DNA of 63,648 nt, counting the filler, from Thraustochytrium aureum (taxonomy: Eukaryota), in the NCBI GenBank assembly GCA_012862495.1. It is 7 parts of 5 records of this genome, joined end to end, with 100 filler letters (N's around TTAATTAATTAA, not from the genome) between each part and the next. Parts side by side here need not be neighbours in the genome. Positions count along the whole stretch, not along the records: positions 27,901 to 45,409 come from BLSG01000198.1; 6 more parts are not named here. One strand, 5' to 3'. A model generated the notes under the pieces. The model searched no databases, had not been told where the DNA came from, and saw nothing but the letters and a program-made list of their open reading frames with translations. Below, piece by piece: positions 32,763-43,688 of the stretch (within the stretch, counting starts at the first letter, position 1; each line of letters starts with the position of its first letter). The translations under genes and the position numbers were made by a program.

Positions 32763-34385
32763 TCAATCGGCGCGGGCGAGGAATGCCATGATGCCGCTGC
32801 CTGCAGCGAAGAAAACAAACTTGGCGATCCGGTACTCTTCATTCTCGAACTCGTCAGCAAGAATCTCGACGAGAGCAATGTAGATGAAGGAGCCTGACGC
32901 AAGACCGAGAACTAGCGCCTCTGTACGCAGGTCGATGCCCCCGCTGCTCTGCACAGCGGTGCCCAACACGATGCCCAGAGGCGCAGCAAGGTTGTACACG
33001 ACGAGCTCGAGATAAACCGCCCGCGAAAGCCTGTTTTGCGCAGCATTCGTCCCAAGCGCGATTGACTCGAACACCTTGTGCACTGCGACCGCGACGTACG
33101 CGGTGTGCTGCGTCGTACTGGCCGGGTCCCTGGTCCTGATCGTCCCAATGGTGAAGCCCACGATGAGCGAGTGAATGGACAGGACAAGAAACATCAGGAA
33201 CGTCGCAAAGTTCATGTGCGAGTGCTTTGGAGGGTGGTCGTGGATGTCTGCAGAGGTCATCACCGACGTGTCGGCCGCGGCGACGGGCTCCAGCGAGGCA
33301 GGGGGGCGCGGGAATGGCGGGGCATCGTCGGCAATGTCGGCTGCTGGCCTCAGAAGGCTGATGTCGCTGAGATCGCCCGCGGTGTGCGGGTAGATGAGCG
33401 GTGCGTACGAAATGGACCGCAGCGAGCCGATCGACCTGTAAAAGTCGAGCCGGCCTTGCAGCCGCGTCGAGCTGAAGCTCGGGACCACGCACTTGCTCGT
33501 GCAAGGGCCGTTGCCCGGGGAGGACCCGCCCCCGCCGCTCTCGGCGCCGTCCAGCAAGCTGCCCAACGAGGCCGACTTGCTGCGGGCGGCTCTGACCGTC
33601 GAGTAGCCCCGCTCGGGGCTGTTCTCCAGCAGGCTCTGCGATTCGGCTTCCATAGTTTCCGCGTGGCCCTTGGCGTGCACGTCCGTGTAGTGGTCTGTGA
33701 AACAGGCTTGGTGCTGCACTGCGCGTTGACGGCAGTTAGCTCCCGCACCGGCGGCGCACCTGCGAGGACCGCTACGGGCTCCGAAACTTACACAACCACC
33801 AAGTTAGCCCAGACTTTTCGAGGAAGAATGGTACAAGCACGCCCATCAGCGCGAGCACCAGGGGCTCGTACAGCGCGTCCTTTATTGCGAGGCCGTCGCG
33901 ATCTTCAAGAGAGATCTCAAGAGCATCGCTCAGAATGTGAACTAGACCCGTGGCGAGCATCACGCCGCCCGCAAAAGCGTTGCCCAAAGAGAGCACGATC
34001 GCCACGAACTCCCCTCGCCTATTGTGGTCAGCGAGCGCGCTGCACCAACCATGCGCTGCCTGCTCTGGCTCGCCTCCGTGCCCATGTTCGTGATGTTGGT
34101 GGCCGTGACTGTGCCCATGCCCGTGCGCCCCGGCTTGCGCCCCTGCTTCGCCCCTGCTTTCGCCCCTGCTTTCGCCCCGCCGCCCGACTTTGCTATCGCT
34201 TTGCCTTTTGCCGCCTTGGCACCTGTACTTGCTGAGTGCGTCTTCCCCTTCCGAGCGGCCTTCAGCGGCACCCCTCCGCTCAGCCTATGCACAAACAGCA
34301 GCGGGATCAGCGTCCCGCACGCCGAGAACGACAGCAGCATGGCCGCCTGCACGACCTTGTCGCCGGCATCACTCGGGGGCGCCAT
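32763..34385 (-). CDS. ZIP family zinc/iron permease; intron 33719-33791; frameshift at ~34012
   Basis: GNAFAGGVMLATGLVHIL, LSIHSLIVG, HKVFESIALG, GSFIYIALVEIL; GTAAG...GCTAAC...CAG intron. Confidence 0.92.
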
Positions 34386-35281
34386 CAGCCTGCTCGAGCC
34401 ACGTGCGGTGCTGCGCCCAGCAAGGTCCGCCCACGATCGACGTGCCCGCCACAGTTCTGTGACAGACACGCAATCCTCCCAGGCGCCAACAGCGGCCGGA
34501 CGCCAGTACGTCAACGACAGGCCTGCCTCAAGGCCGCCGCTGCCGGCCCCAGACCAGCGTTCAACGCGCGGCTGCGAGTCCTCGAGGTCTGGGCTCTGGA
34601 TTGAACCCTCGCGCACTTTCTTTCAGAGCGCATTTGTCGTCGATGTTTCCTGCAGAAGACGCCGTTGTTGTGCACCTTGGACTTGCTCGCCGTCCTCCAG
34701 ATGGCCGGCGCTGCTGCTGGCCGCTTGCTCGCTGCGCGGGCGCGGGGCCTCGCGGTTCGGCTTGCGTCCTCGTGCCAAAGACCGTGGCGGCTGGCAATGC
34801 GCTGCCGAGGACCATGCATGCAATTGATCCATCAATCACTCACACGCACATGGTCGGTCCCCTGACTGCGGGCTGGACGGAGTTCAGTGGTTTCTGGTGG
34901 GGCTCTGTTCCGGGTACGTATGCAGTGGACTGGTTCAACTGGGGTCGGTCCCCAGGAAGTGCGGGGTGCTGTGATCCATGCGCGGTGGCCAAAACCGGCG
35001 GCCGGGGACGGGCTTGCTCGATGAGAGATCGTCTTTTCGTCGCAGAGTTCAGTGCAGCCAAACGCCAGCCTGCGTTTTGGAAGGACAGCGACCATGGCGC
35101 TCCGAACACCAAACACCAAACTCACCAGCAGCAACCAAACTGCAAGAACCAAACCACACGCTTCTCTCTACGAGTAGAGCTAGCTCTGGGGGAGAGCTCC
35201 GTCGAGACAGACGAGCAACGCGGAAACAAGGTACATCTTGATCGAAAGCGCAACCAGCGCAGGCGACGAGCTCCGGAGGAA

Positions 35282-36205
35282 ATGGGTGCGAGAGCCATCG
35301 CCATCGTGGCCGTCTGTCTTGGGGCGGGCAGAGCGATGGCGACTGCCGCGACGGCAAACCTCGCTCCGGAAGAGCAGCCCTGGCTAAAAGAGCCTCGCGT
35401 CGTCCACTCCGAGCGCGGCTTGCTGGAGATGACGCTCACCGTGTCTGAAGGCCGGGTCAATGGACCCCTCGGTATTTCCTTCAACAGCCGCCTCTACGAC
35501 GGCGCGTTCCCTGGCCCCACGATCAGGGTCCGGGCCAACGACACCGTCAAGCTCCGGCTTATGAACAACCTCGGCCCGAACAACGCGACGTTGGAGGCAA
35601 ACGCGCCGGCCAACACGTTCCACGCCCCAAACTCGACCAACATGCACCTCCACGGAATGCACATGAGCAGCATGGGCAAACAGGACAACGTGGCTTTGCG
35701 CATCGACCCGGGCGAGGTGTTTGACTACGAGTATGAGATTCATCCCGCCCACCACGCAGGCACCAACTTTTATCACCCACACTTTCACGGCAGCGTGCAT
35801 CTTCACCTAAAGTCGCTGCTGGCCGGAGCCCTGATCATCGAGGACGAGGATGCCAACCTGCCGGAAAAAATGAAGCGAATGGACGACGCCGTGGTTGTCA
35901 TGCAGGGGCTCTACATGTCCTCCATGGAGAGCGACTTTTCGCACAACGGGACGAGCTCGATGAGACTGGACCTGCACAACCCAAATAATGTGACTGGAAG
36001 CGTCCTAATGGCGAACGGGCAGTACCAGCCGAAACGGCCATGCGCCGTGGCGTCGCCAAGCGCTTCCGCTTTGTAAACGCCCTTGACATGGAGCTCGTTC
36101 ACCTCGCTCTGGCCGGCGGCGCGTCAAACTCGAGCTGCTCGCTCTCCATCATCGCGCTGGACGGCGTCTACCTCGCTTCGCCTCGCCCAACGCGCGACGT
36201 CCTCG
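35282..36205 (+). CDS. Secreted multicopper oxidase, N-terminal part; remainder in the gap; frameshift at ~36033
   Basis: Signal peptide, PGPTIRV, TNMHLHG and FYHPHFHG copper motifs, GALIIED, RFRFVNA. Confidence 0.88.
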
Positions 36206-36881
36206 NNNNNNNNNNNNNNNNNNNNNNNNNNNNNNNNNNNNNNNNNNNNNNNNNNNNNNNNNNNNNNNNNNNNNNNNNNNNNNNNNNNNNNNNNNNNNNN
36301 NNNNNNNNNNNNNNNNNNNNNNNNNNNNNNNNNNNNNNNNNNNNNNNNNNNNNNNNNNNNNNNNNNNNNNNNNNNNNNNNNNNNNNNNNNNNNNNNNNNN
36401 NNNNNNNNNNNNNNNNNNNNNNNNNNNNNNNNNNNNNNNNNNNNNNNNNNNNNNNNNNNNNNNNNNNNNNNNNNNNNNNNNNNNNNNNNNNNNNNNNNNN
36501 NNNNNNNNNNNNNNNNNNNNNNNNNNNNNNNNNNNNNNNNNNNNNNNNNNNNNNNNNNNNNNNNNNNNNNNNNNNNNNNNNNNNNNNNNNNNNNNNNNNN
36601 NNNNNNNNNNNNNNNNNNNNNNNNNNNNNNNNNNNNNNNNNNNNNNNNNNNNNNNNNNNNNNNNNNNNNNNNNNNNNNNNNNNNNNNNNNNNNNNNNNNN
36701 NNNNNNNNNNNNNNNNNNNNNNNNNNNNNNNNNNNNNNNNNNNNNNNNNNNNNNNNNNNNNNNNNNNNNNNNNNNNNNNNNNNNNNNNNNNNNNNNNNNN
36801 NNNNNNNNNNNNNTGCCAGTGGGCCGGGCGCGCGGCGCGCGAGGCTGGACACAGCGAGATAGGACTTGCTGGCACGACATC

Positions 36882-38741
36882 ATGGGCGCGGTCTACTCGA
36901 AGCTGTTCCGCGCGGTTGGCGATGAGGCGTGGGAGAAGATGCCCTGGCGCCACGTCAAGCCGGTGGCCGAGCAGATCAAGGTGATGCCCACGTTTGCCGC
37001 GATCGAGTGGACGTACAGGTTCGCCGCGTGGAGCTGTTTGGCGCACGCTGCCAAGACCAACGGGCTGCCGATGTGGTTTTCGGCGTGGCTGTGCGGCACA
37101 GCGAACGGTAGGTTAGCCAGGCCATGTCTGCCGGGCCGTTTCAGCCGGGCCTTTAGGGAGTTGGGCTGACCCCGGCGCCGGGCGCCACCGCGCAGATATC
37201 TTCTTCATGTTCATGCCGTTCTGCGACAACTTTTGGCAGGCGCAGGCGAGCGTGATGATCACGCCGCGGCTCCCGCTGTACATTGTCGAGATGTACGCGA
37301 CGATCATTTACCTGAGCAGCATGGCGGCCCGTCAGTTCAACTTGCCGTACGTGAGCGAGGCGGCGCTGACGGGTCTGCTGGCGCACCTGGCTTACCACCC
37401 ATACGATGTCGTAAGTGCCCGAGCTTTCGGCTCGGAAAGACCGAGCGGACCCTTGTGTTTGTGGTGCGGTACGGCCGCTGACGGTTCGGCGCGCATCGTT
37501 TCCTTCTCGCAGAACGGCCCGCCGAACTTGTGGTGGACTTGGCACGACGGTGACGCCGCCATCTCCAAACGGCACTACAACGCGCCATACGGATCTTCGG
37601 TGTGGATCCTCACCTACATTGCGCTGCACCAGGGCCTGCTGCGGTTTTGCGAGTACCCGTCTGTGGACACGGGCCTGCCGCAGCTCTTGCGCAAGCTGCT
37701 CGCATTCGTATTGACCAAGCTGCCGGCTTCTGCAGCGGGGCTTGCAGAGAAGCTGCGCTTGCGCACCGTCATCGACAAGTTGGAGGGCCTGCAGCTTTTG
37801 CTCAACCGCGCGCCGTGGGCGGCTCGCATCGCGTTCTCCGGGTTTGTTTGCACGGTGAGTCGCAGCGCGCCCGCGTTTTGCGGACAGCGAGCAGTTGGAG
37901 AGCTTAGCTAGGTCCAGCTGAGAGCGCGTGGCGGCTAGGCTCGCTTTGCGGTGCTGGCTTTGGACTGGTCGCTGACGCCGCCGGAACTGGCACGGCGCCA
38001 GCCCATGTTCATGTCGCTCATGGGCGTCTTTCAAATCCTGTCCCTCGACACGGTTGGGATCCCGGGCAAGCGCACATACAGGCTCATCATCGCCACTTAC
38101 GTGGCTTTGACTGCAAACGGGTTCTGGCGGGCCCACAAGTCCGGGGCGTTGCAGCTCCCCAAGCTGCGGGCCACGGACAGCGCGAACCGCAAGCTGCTCG
38201 GTGTGGTCGGCCTCTTTTACGCCGTCAACGTCGCGATTGGTAAGTCTGAGCGGCCGGGGGTGCTTGCTTGCGAGCAGCTGGAAGCGGCTTCTTCGCGAAG
38301 CGCGTGAGAGCAGCCCGAGTTGCATGCGGGGCGCCAATGCGTTGGTCTTTGCTGACAAGCACGCACTCTGCAGCACTGAAAGGGGACTCCACCAAACATG
38401 TCTCGACGGGCTGCCACCAGACGTACGGAAGGAGCAAAGTCGTCAAGGACATCATGGGCTTCAAACGCGAAGAGCACGTTTACGGAGGTCACCCAGAAGG
38501 GTTTTCAAAGTCCGACTACGCGCTGCCCCGGCCGGAAGAGGACGGCCAACTGGACGCGGCCGGGAAGAGGATTATTCGCCCAAAGGAGGACGGGCCCGAT
38601 GCCGAGTGGTACACGGTAAAGGGCCGCCCTCGGAAGGACCGCGAGGGGGACCTGAACCGCGTCTTGCTGTTTTCGGGCCTCGGCATGGCGGCCTTTGCCG
38701 CAGCCTTTACCAACGTGTTTGCGCGGCCATCCTACATGTAA
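36882..38741 (+). CDS. Uncharacterised multi-pass membrane protein, 5 exons (introns 37108-37195, 37411-37512, 37855-38001, 38240-38373)
   Basis: Four GT-AG introns with GCTGAC branch sites splice to one frame containing DNFWQAQ, RLPLY and WWTWHDGD. Confidence 0.75.
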
Positions 38742-38926
38742 CTGTTCGCGTCAGCCCTCCGCGGCTCGACGGGCGACGCTTCCACGAGGCTTTCGAGAAA
38801 AACTGTTTCTTCTTTCTTTCCATCTACTGCTGCTGCTGCTGCTGCTGCCGCCGCCGCCTGTGCGTCGCGGTTTCTTGGGCCATGCTGCCCGCCGCCATGC
38901 CACGGACGCAGGCTGGCAGGCCAGCG

Positions 38927-40744
38927 CTAGTGCTTTTCGACGTAGTTGCCAGGCACAAGCCCCGCATGCCCGTTCAGCGAGCACCTGATCCAGTTCGGGT
39001 CGCTGCGGTCCACGACGGTCATGACGTCGCTCGTCTTGAACGAGAGCTCGTCGGGACGCGTTGCAACGTAGTCGTACAGTGCCACAACCCGGTCGACTGG
39101 GGCCGGCGCAGGCGCGGGCGGGCGCTGCGAGGGCGGCCGGACGGGAACCGGCCTTGGCGCCTGCGCCGCAGACGTGGCATAGCCTGCGCTTGCGGCCGCC
39201 TGGGGCGCGAAAGGGTTGGATTTGGCGGGCGGCGCGCCGCTTGTCACCGGCGTGGCGTACGGGATGCTTGGATGCGCTTGCGGCCCCGGTTTGGGCTGCG
39301 ATTGCGCGAATGGGCCTGCCNNNNNNNNNNNNNNNNNNNNNNNNNNNNNNNNNNNNNNNNNNNNNNNNNNNNNNNNNNNNNNNNNNNNNNNNNNNNNNNN
39401 NNNNNNNNNNNNNNNNNNNNNNNNNNNNNNNNNNNNNNNNNNNNNNNNNNNNNNNNNNNNNNNNNGGAGCGGGAGCGGGAGCAGAAAACGCAGGCGCCGG
39501 CGCAAGCGGTGGCTCCCAGGACGTTTCGTTGGTGGCCGTGTTGTGGTAGTACGGCGTCCCATCCGCGGTAAACACTTTGCGCCAGTTCGGAGCAAGTGCG
39601 GGCTCCCCGCCGGTGGCGTTTGAGCCCGGCGAAATCCCGGTGGCTCCAAGGCCCTGAGAGATCTCGTCCACACCGTCCTGCCTCGCCGCGGCGATGTCGC
39701 CGCCTCGAATAGAGCTCTCCAGGCCAGCATAGGCGCCTTTGCGGTCGTGGATCGCGTACAGCTCGCGGTGCAGGGTGTCGACCTTGAGCGGGACGCGTAC
39801 CTCGCCACTGAGGATCCCCGCGGGCGTCACGCTGTTGTCGTTGTAAAACTTTTTGTTGTCCTCGTTTCGGGAGACGAGGAAGGCGCTTCCAGCGTTGCTC
39901 CGATGTAGAGCCCCATCGCCTTGGAGTAGCTGTAGGCGGCAACGATTTCCTTGTTTTTCCCGAGGCCGACGTGGCCCTCAATGTCGCGGCCCACCGGACC
40001 GGCGGCGACTGCGATGCGCGAAGCGGATTGCGAGGGTGGCGGGTGGGGAGGGTCAGCGCGCAATTCGCTGCACAGGGCGATGCAGTGCCTGCCAACTTAC
40101 GGCTCAGGTTTCCGCCAAACGTGACCTGGCCCTCGCCCATGAAGGCGCGCACGGCGCTCTTGGTGTTGAGGATGATCATCGAATCGATTTTCTCGCCCCC
40201 AAAGATGAAGCCGCCGCCGAGCCCGCCGCACACCACGGCGGCGGGGCCAGACCAACGCCATCCGCGCGGGTCGGATTCGTCCTTGACCTTGGCAAGGACA
40301 CACCCAGCGCCTGTTCGAAGATCCCGTGACGGCACGTTAGTGGGTTGCCCGAATCGGCGCTTCACCTGGGCAGCCGGCTCAACGACACTCACCAGCGTTT
40401 CCTGCAAGGAAGAAGAGGCCCGCCTTGAGGATAGAGATAAACCTGTGGGAAAACGAGTCGCAGCGTGTCGCGCCACGTAAGATCGGGGCGGGCCGAGCGG
40501 GTCGAAGCGCGTTGCCACCAAGGTCTACTTACGCGATGCCCTCGCAGTTTCGGATCAGCGTCGCTGGCACCTGTTTGTCTGCCTTGACGTACTTGGGGTT
40601 GATCTGGCGCGACCCAACGCGTATTCGGCGGGCGGTCAGCCACCCAGGCCTCGGCGCGCGGCGCGGCGCCCGCTCTCAACTCACCATATCATTCAGCATC
40701 CGGATGCACTTATCCGTGTACCCCTCCAAGGAAAACCGCCCCAT
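38927..40744 (-). CDS. SH3YL1/Ysc84-like protein: SYLF domain + WW + Pro-rich + SH3; multi-exon, gap 39321-39465, frameshift at ~39885
   Basis: WSGPAA, VAAGPVGR, YSYSKAMGLY (SYLF); NWRKVFTADGTPYYHN..TSWEPP (WW); ALYDY...ELSF...GLVPGNYV (SH3). Confidence 0.88.
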
Positions 40745-41457
40745 CCTGCCGAGCCCCAGCGGCGCGCCTCACGAGCCCGCGTCGGCGGCGTCCAAGCCGT
40801 TCGCCGTGCCGCCCTCCCCGCCAGAGACAGCCACGGACCGCGCGCCTGCAGCGAGACGCGAGCCGTTCAGAGCCGGCCGCCGCCGCGTTCGCTACCGCTA
40901 CCGCAACCGCTACCGCCGCTGCCGCCGCTGCCGCCGCCGCTGCTGCTGCTGCTGCTGCGCGTTCGGCGTCTGCTGGACCTCCTGGCGAGGGTCAATGTCG
41001 TGCGAAATGCGCCGGGATCGGGACGAAATGTGCGACCGCACTCACCAGATCCTGCTCGTCCCGAGGCGCTCGAGGCGCTCGGCGGCCGGCCTCGAGGTCT
41101 CCGGAGCGCACTGTCGCAGCCTGGATGGACTGCTGGCTTGCGGGGCGGCTGGCTGGCTGGCGGCTCTTGGCGGCAGGCGCGGGCGGATGCCAGGGAACGT
41201 GCCGAGCTGAACAAAAGGCGTNNNNNNNNNNNNNNNNNNNNNNNNNNNNNNNNNNNNNNNNNNNNNNNNNNNNNNNNNNNNNNNNNNNNNNNNNNNNNNN
41301 NNNNNNNNNNNNNNNNNNNNNNNNNNNNNNNNNNNNNNNTCCACTGCGTGGTGCTGCTGCCCACTCTACTCGCGGTGACCTGCGGCGCGGCTGCTGCTTG
41401 CGCTGTCGTCGATTGGGCCTGCGGCGTGATTGCAGATAGGATTGCCGAAGACCGGGT

Positions 41458-43284
41458 TCATGGAGCTGCGCCCGGGCTGGACAGCGCCGCGGCGCAGAGC
41501 TCGTGCGGGCGCTTGGCGGCCTTGGCCGGGACGCAGACCTTTAGGACGGCCTCGTGCCGAAATCCTCTTGGACAAGTGGCGACGCACCGGACCTGCGAAC
41601 GGCCGACCTGGACCACGGTGAGGTGGTACTGGCCCTGTGGCATCTGAATAATGTTGTTGAACAGGCTCCTGCCGTCGCCGCTCGCCGACTTGGGCTTCCA
41701 GGGGAACCCACCGAGGATGCCGATGCGTGGGGGCGAGCTCGCACGGGCGTCCGGCAACGAAGCAAGCTCCACCTGCCTGTTTACGCAGCCGTGGTCTTGT
41801 ACTTGTGCGGCCAAGTCACTTTGCGTTGGAGGCACCGCTGACGAGGAGGGTGAGACCGGGGCGAGGTTGGACGCGGCCGGGCTCCAAAGGGGTGGGAAGA
41901 GAGGCGTCAAAGGCCTCTGTGATGGCGAGTCGGCCAAGTCCGCATTCTGTCGAGCGTGCGCCGGGCGAGCCATTACGTCGCTAGAATCACGCCCAGCTGA
42001 GAGCGCGTCTGCGCCTGGACTTGCGCCTGGACTTGCGTGCAGGGCTGCCGACGGTTGAGGGCTCCAACCTGGCGGGCAATGCGGATTGCTGTGTGCTGGG
42101 CTCCCGGGCGCGAGCCGTGAAGCGGGGCTTCCGAAAGTCTCGGGAGACTGCTGCCAGATCGGGGAGCACGTAGCAGCTTCAGAGGGGGTCGCGGACGACC
42201 AAGTCAACGAGGGTGACGCTGCAGTGTCTGGGCTGGTGGCCGGGGCGCAATTTGTCCGCGATGCTGACTTGGCCCGCAGTCCCTTAGTGCGCTGGTTTCC
42301 TGCGCGTGGTTCGCGCGCTAGGCTCGTCAGAACCGCCGAGAGGCCAGGGTTGTGCTTGAGCGAAGGCCTCGCCGGTCGCACTCGGGCCCTGTGGATTTGG
42401 ACTTGTCGCGCCTTTTCCGCAGCACGTTGCGCCCTGACGTCCTCGACCCGATCGTCGACGGAGATGAGCGGCGGCGCGGGCTTGACTCTCCCGCTTTTGC
42501 GCCGACGTAGCGGTGGCCCGCCCAGGACCTTTACACGTCGAATGTGATGTGCGTCGGTTGCGACGGCTTGCGCGTCCGCGAACTGGGCAACGAGGTGCGG
42601 CGCGTGCTTTCGAGCCGCGCTGAGCGCCTCGCTGTACAGCTCGATCGCACGCACATAGTCCCTGCTGCCCTCCGTGGCCACAGCGAGGTTGAATAGAACA
42701 GCCGGGGTAAGGTGCTCGAAGGCGCCCGGGTCTGCTTGACAAAGGCGCTGTGCGGCGCGAGCGACGGGTAGCGCAGCCTCGAACTTTCGCTGCGCGACGA
42801 GCAGTGCGACGAGCGTCGCCAGGCACGCCGGGTGTCCCGTGCGCAAAGCCTTCCTTGCCAAAGTTGAGATGGCCTTGTCAGGCTTACCAGCGGCGCTGAG
42901 CATCGCACAGTACGCATTGAGCCCCTCAGCGTAAACTTGCGAGTCACCGAGCCAGGCCTCCACCAGCTCGTCCGTCACGAGCTCCCCGAGGCCCTCACGC
43001 AGGCGCCTCACCTCCGTTGCCCCAATTGCGCTCTTGCTTCCCCACACAGCACACGCATTGCGCATGGCCATCGCCGCCGCTGCCTTCCGCTCATCGTCGT
43101 CCCGCCGGCCGTCAAACGCAACCCGTGCTAGCGTCGAGACGTCCCACGGGTCAGCCAGCCCCATGTCGGAGCACTCTGAGGCCAAACCGAACTCGCCGAA
43201 ATCGATAGCCAAGCCGATGTCATCCAGCTGAGCAGCCAGGCCAACCTCGACCAAGCCAAGCTCGACCAAGCCAAGCTCGACCAA
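41458..43284 (-). CDS. Hypothetical protein with TPR-like helices and a Ser/Pro-rich region; probably extends further 5' through a frameshift
   Basis: 608-aa ORF; AVLFNLAVATEGSRDYVRAIELYSEAL is TPR-like. Confidence 0.5.
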   Translation of the reverse strand: MVELGLVELGLVEVGLAAQLDDIGLAIDFGEFGLASECSDMGLADPWDVSTLARVAFDGRRDDDERKAAAAMAMRNACAVWGSKSAIGATEVRRLREGLGELVTDELVEAWLGDSQVYAEGLNAYCAMLSAAGKPDKAISTLARKALRTGHPACLATLVALLVAQRKFEAALPVARAAQRLCQADPGAFEHLTPAVLFNLAVATEGSRDYVRAIELYSEALSAARKHAPHLVAQFADAQAVATDAHHIRRVKVLGGPPLRRRKSGRVKPAPPLISVDDRVEDVRAQRAAEKARQVQIHRARVRPARPSLKHNPGLSAVLTSLAREPRAGNQRTKGLRAKSASRTNCAPATSPDTAASPSLTWSSATPSEAATCSPIWQQSPETFGSPASRLAPGSPAHSNPHCPPGWSPQPSAALHASPGASPGADALSAGRDSSDVMARPAHARQNADLADSPSQRPLTPLFPPLWSPAASNLAPVSPSSSAVPPTQSDLAAQVQDHGCVNRQVELASLPDARASSPPRIGILGGFPWKPKSASGDGRSLFNNIIQMPQGQYHLTVVQVGRSQVRCVATCPRGFRHEAVLKVCVPAKAAKRPHELCAAALSSPGAAP

Positions 43285-43325
43285 GCCAACCTCGACAAGA
43301 CGACCTCGACCAAGCCAAGCTCGAC
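43241..43325. repeat. 15-bp tandem repeat (TCGACCAAGCCAA(G/C)C), encoding VELGL/VEVGL on the minus strand
   Basis: About 5-6 units visible. Confidence 0.85.
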
Positions 43326-43688
43326 GAGCTCGCGCGCTGGCACTGCAGGCGCCCGCAGTGGCCGCTGCGCCCAGAGCCGCGCGTGTGTCAAGCGGCCATC
43401 GCGAGATAGCCGTTGCGATACGATTCTGCCATTTCTGATCGTCAACTCATTCGAAACGTCTCTCTTCAGAGTTGTTTCGCAGTCGATTGTTGGCGTGGAG
43501 GCGGAGGCCGGGCGCGACAGACTAGGTTGACGGGCGCGCGGCTGGGATAGTGTTGAGCTCGGCTGGACGCATTGGGTCGGTAGCCAGCACAGCCGTCCGA
43601 GGATCAGGTCTGCAGGTCGTCCGTCTGCAGGTCGGAGCTTGTTTGTGGCCTCGTTTTTTTGGGGTGGGTTGGTGTTCGAGTTGGGGCA

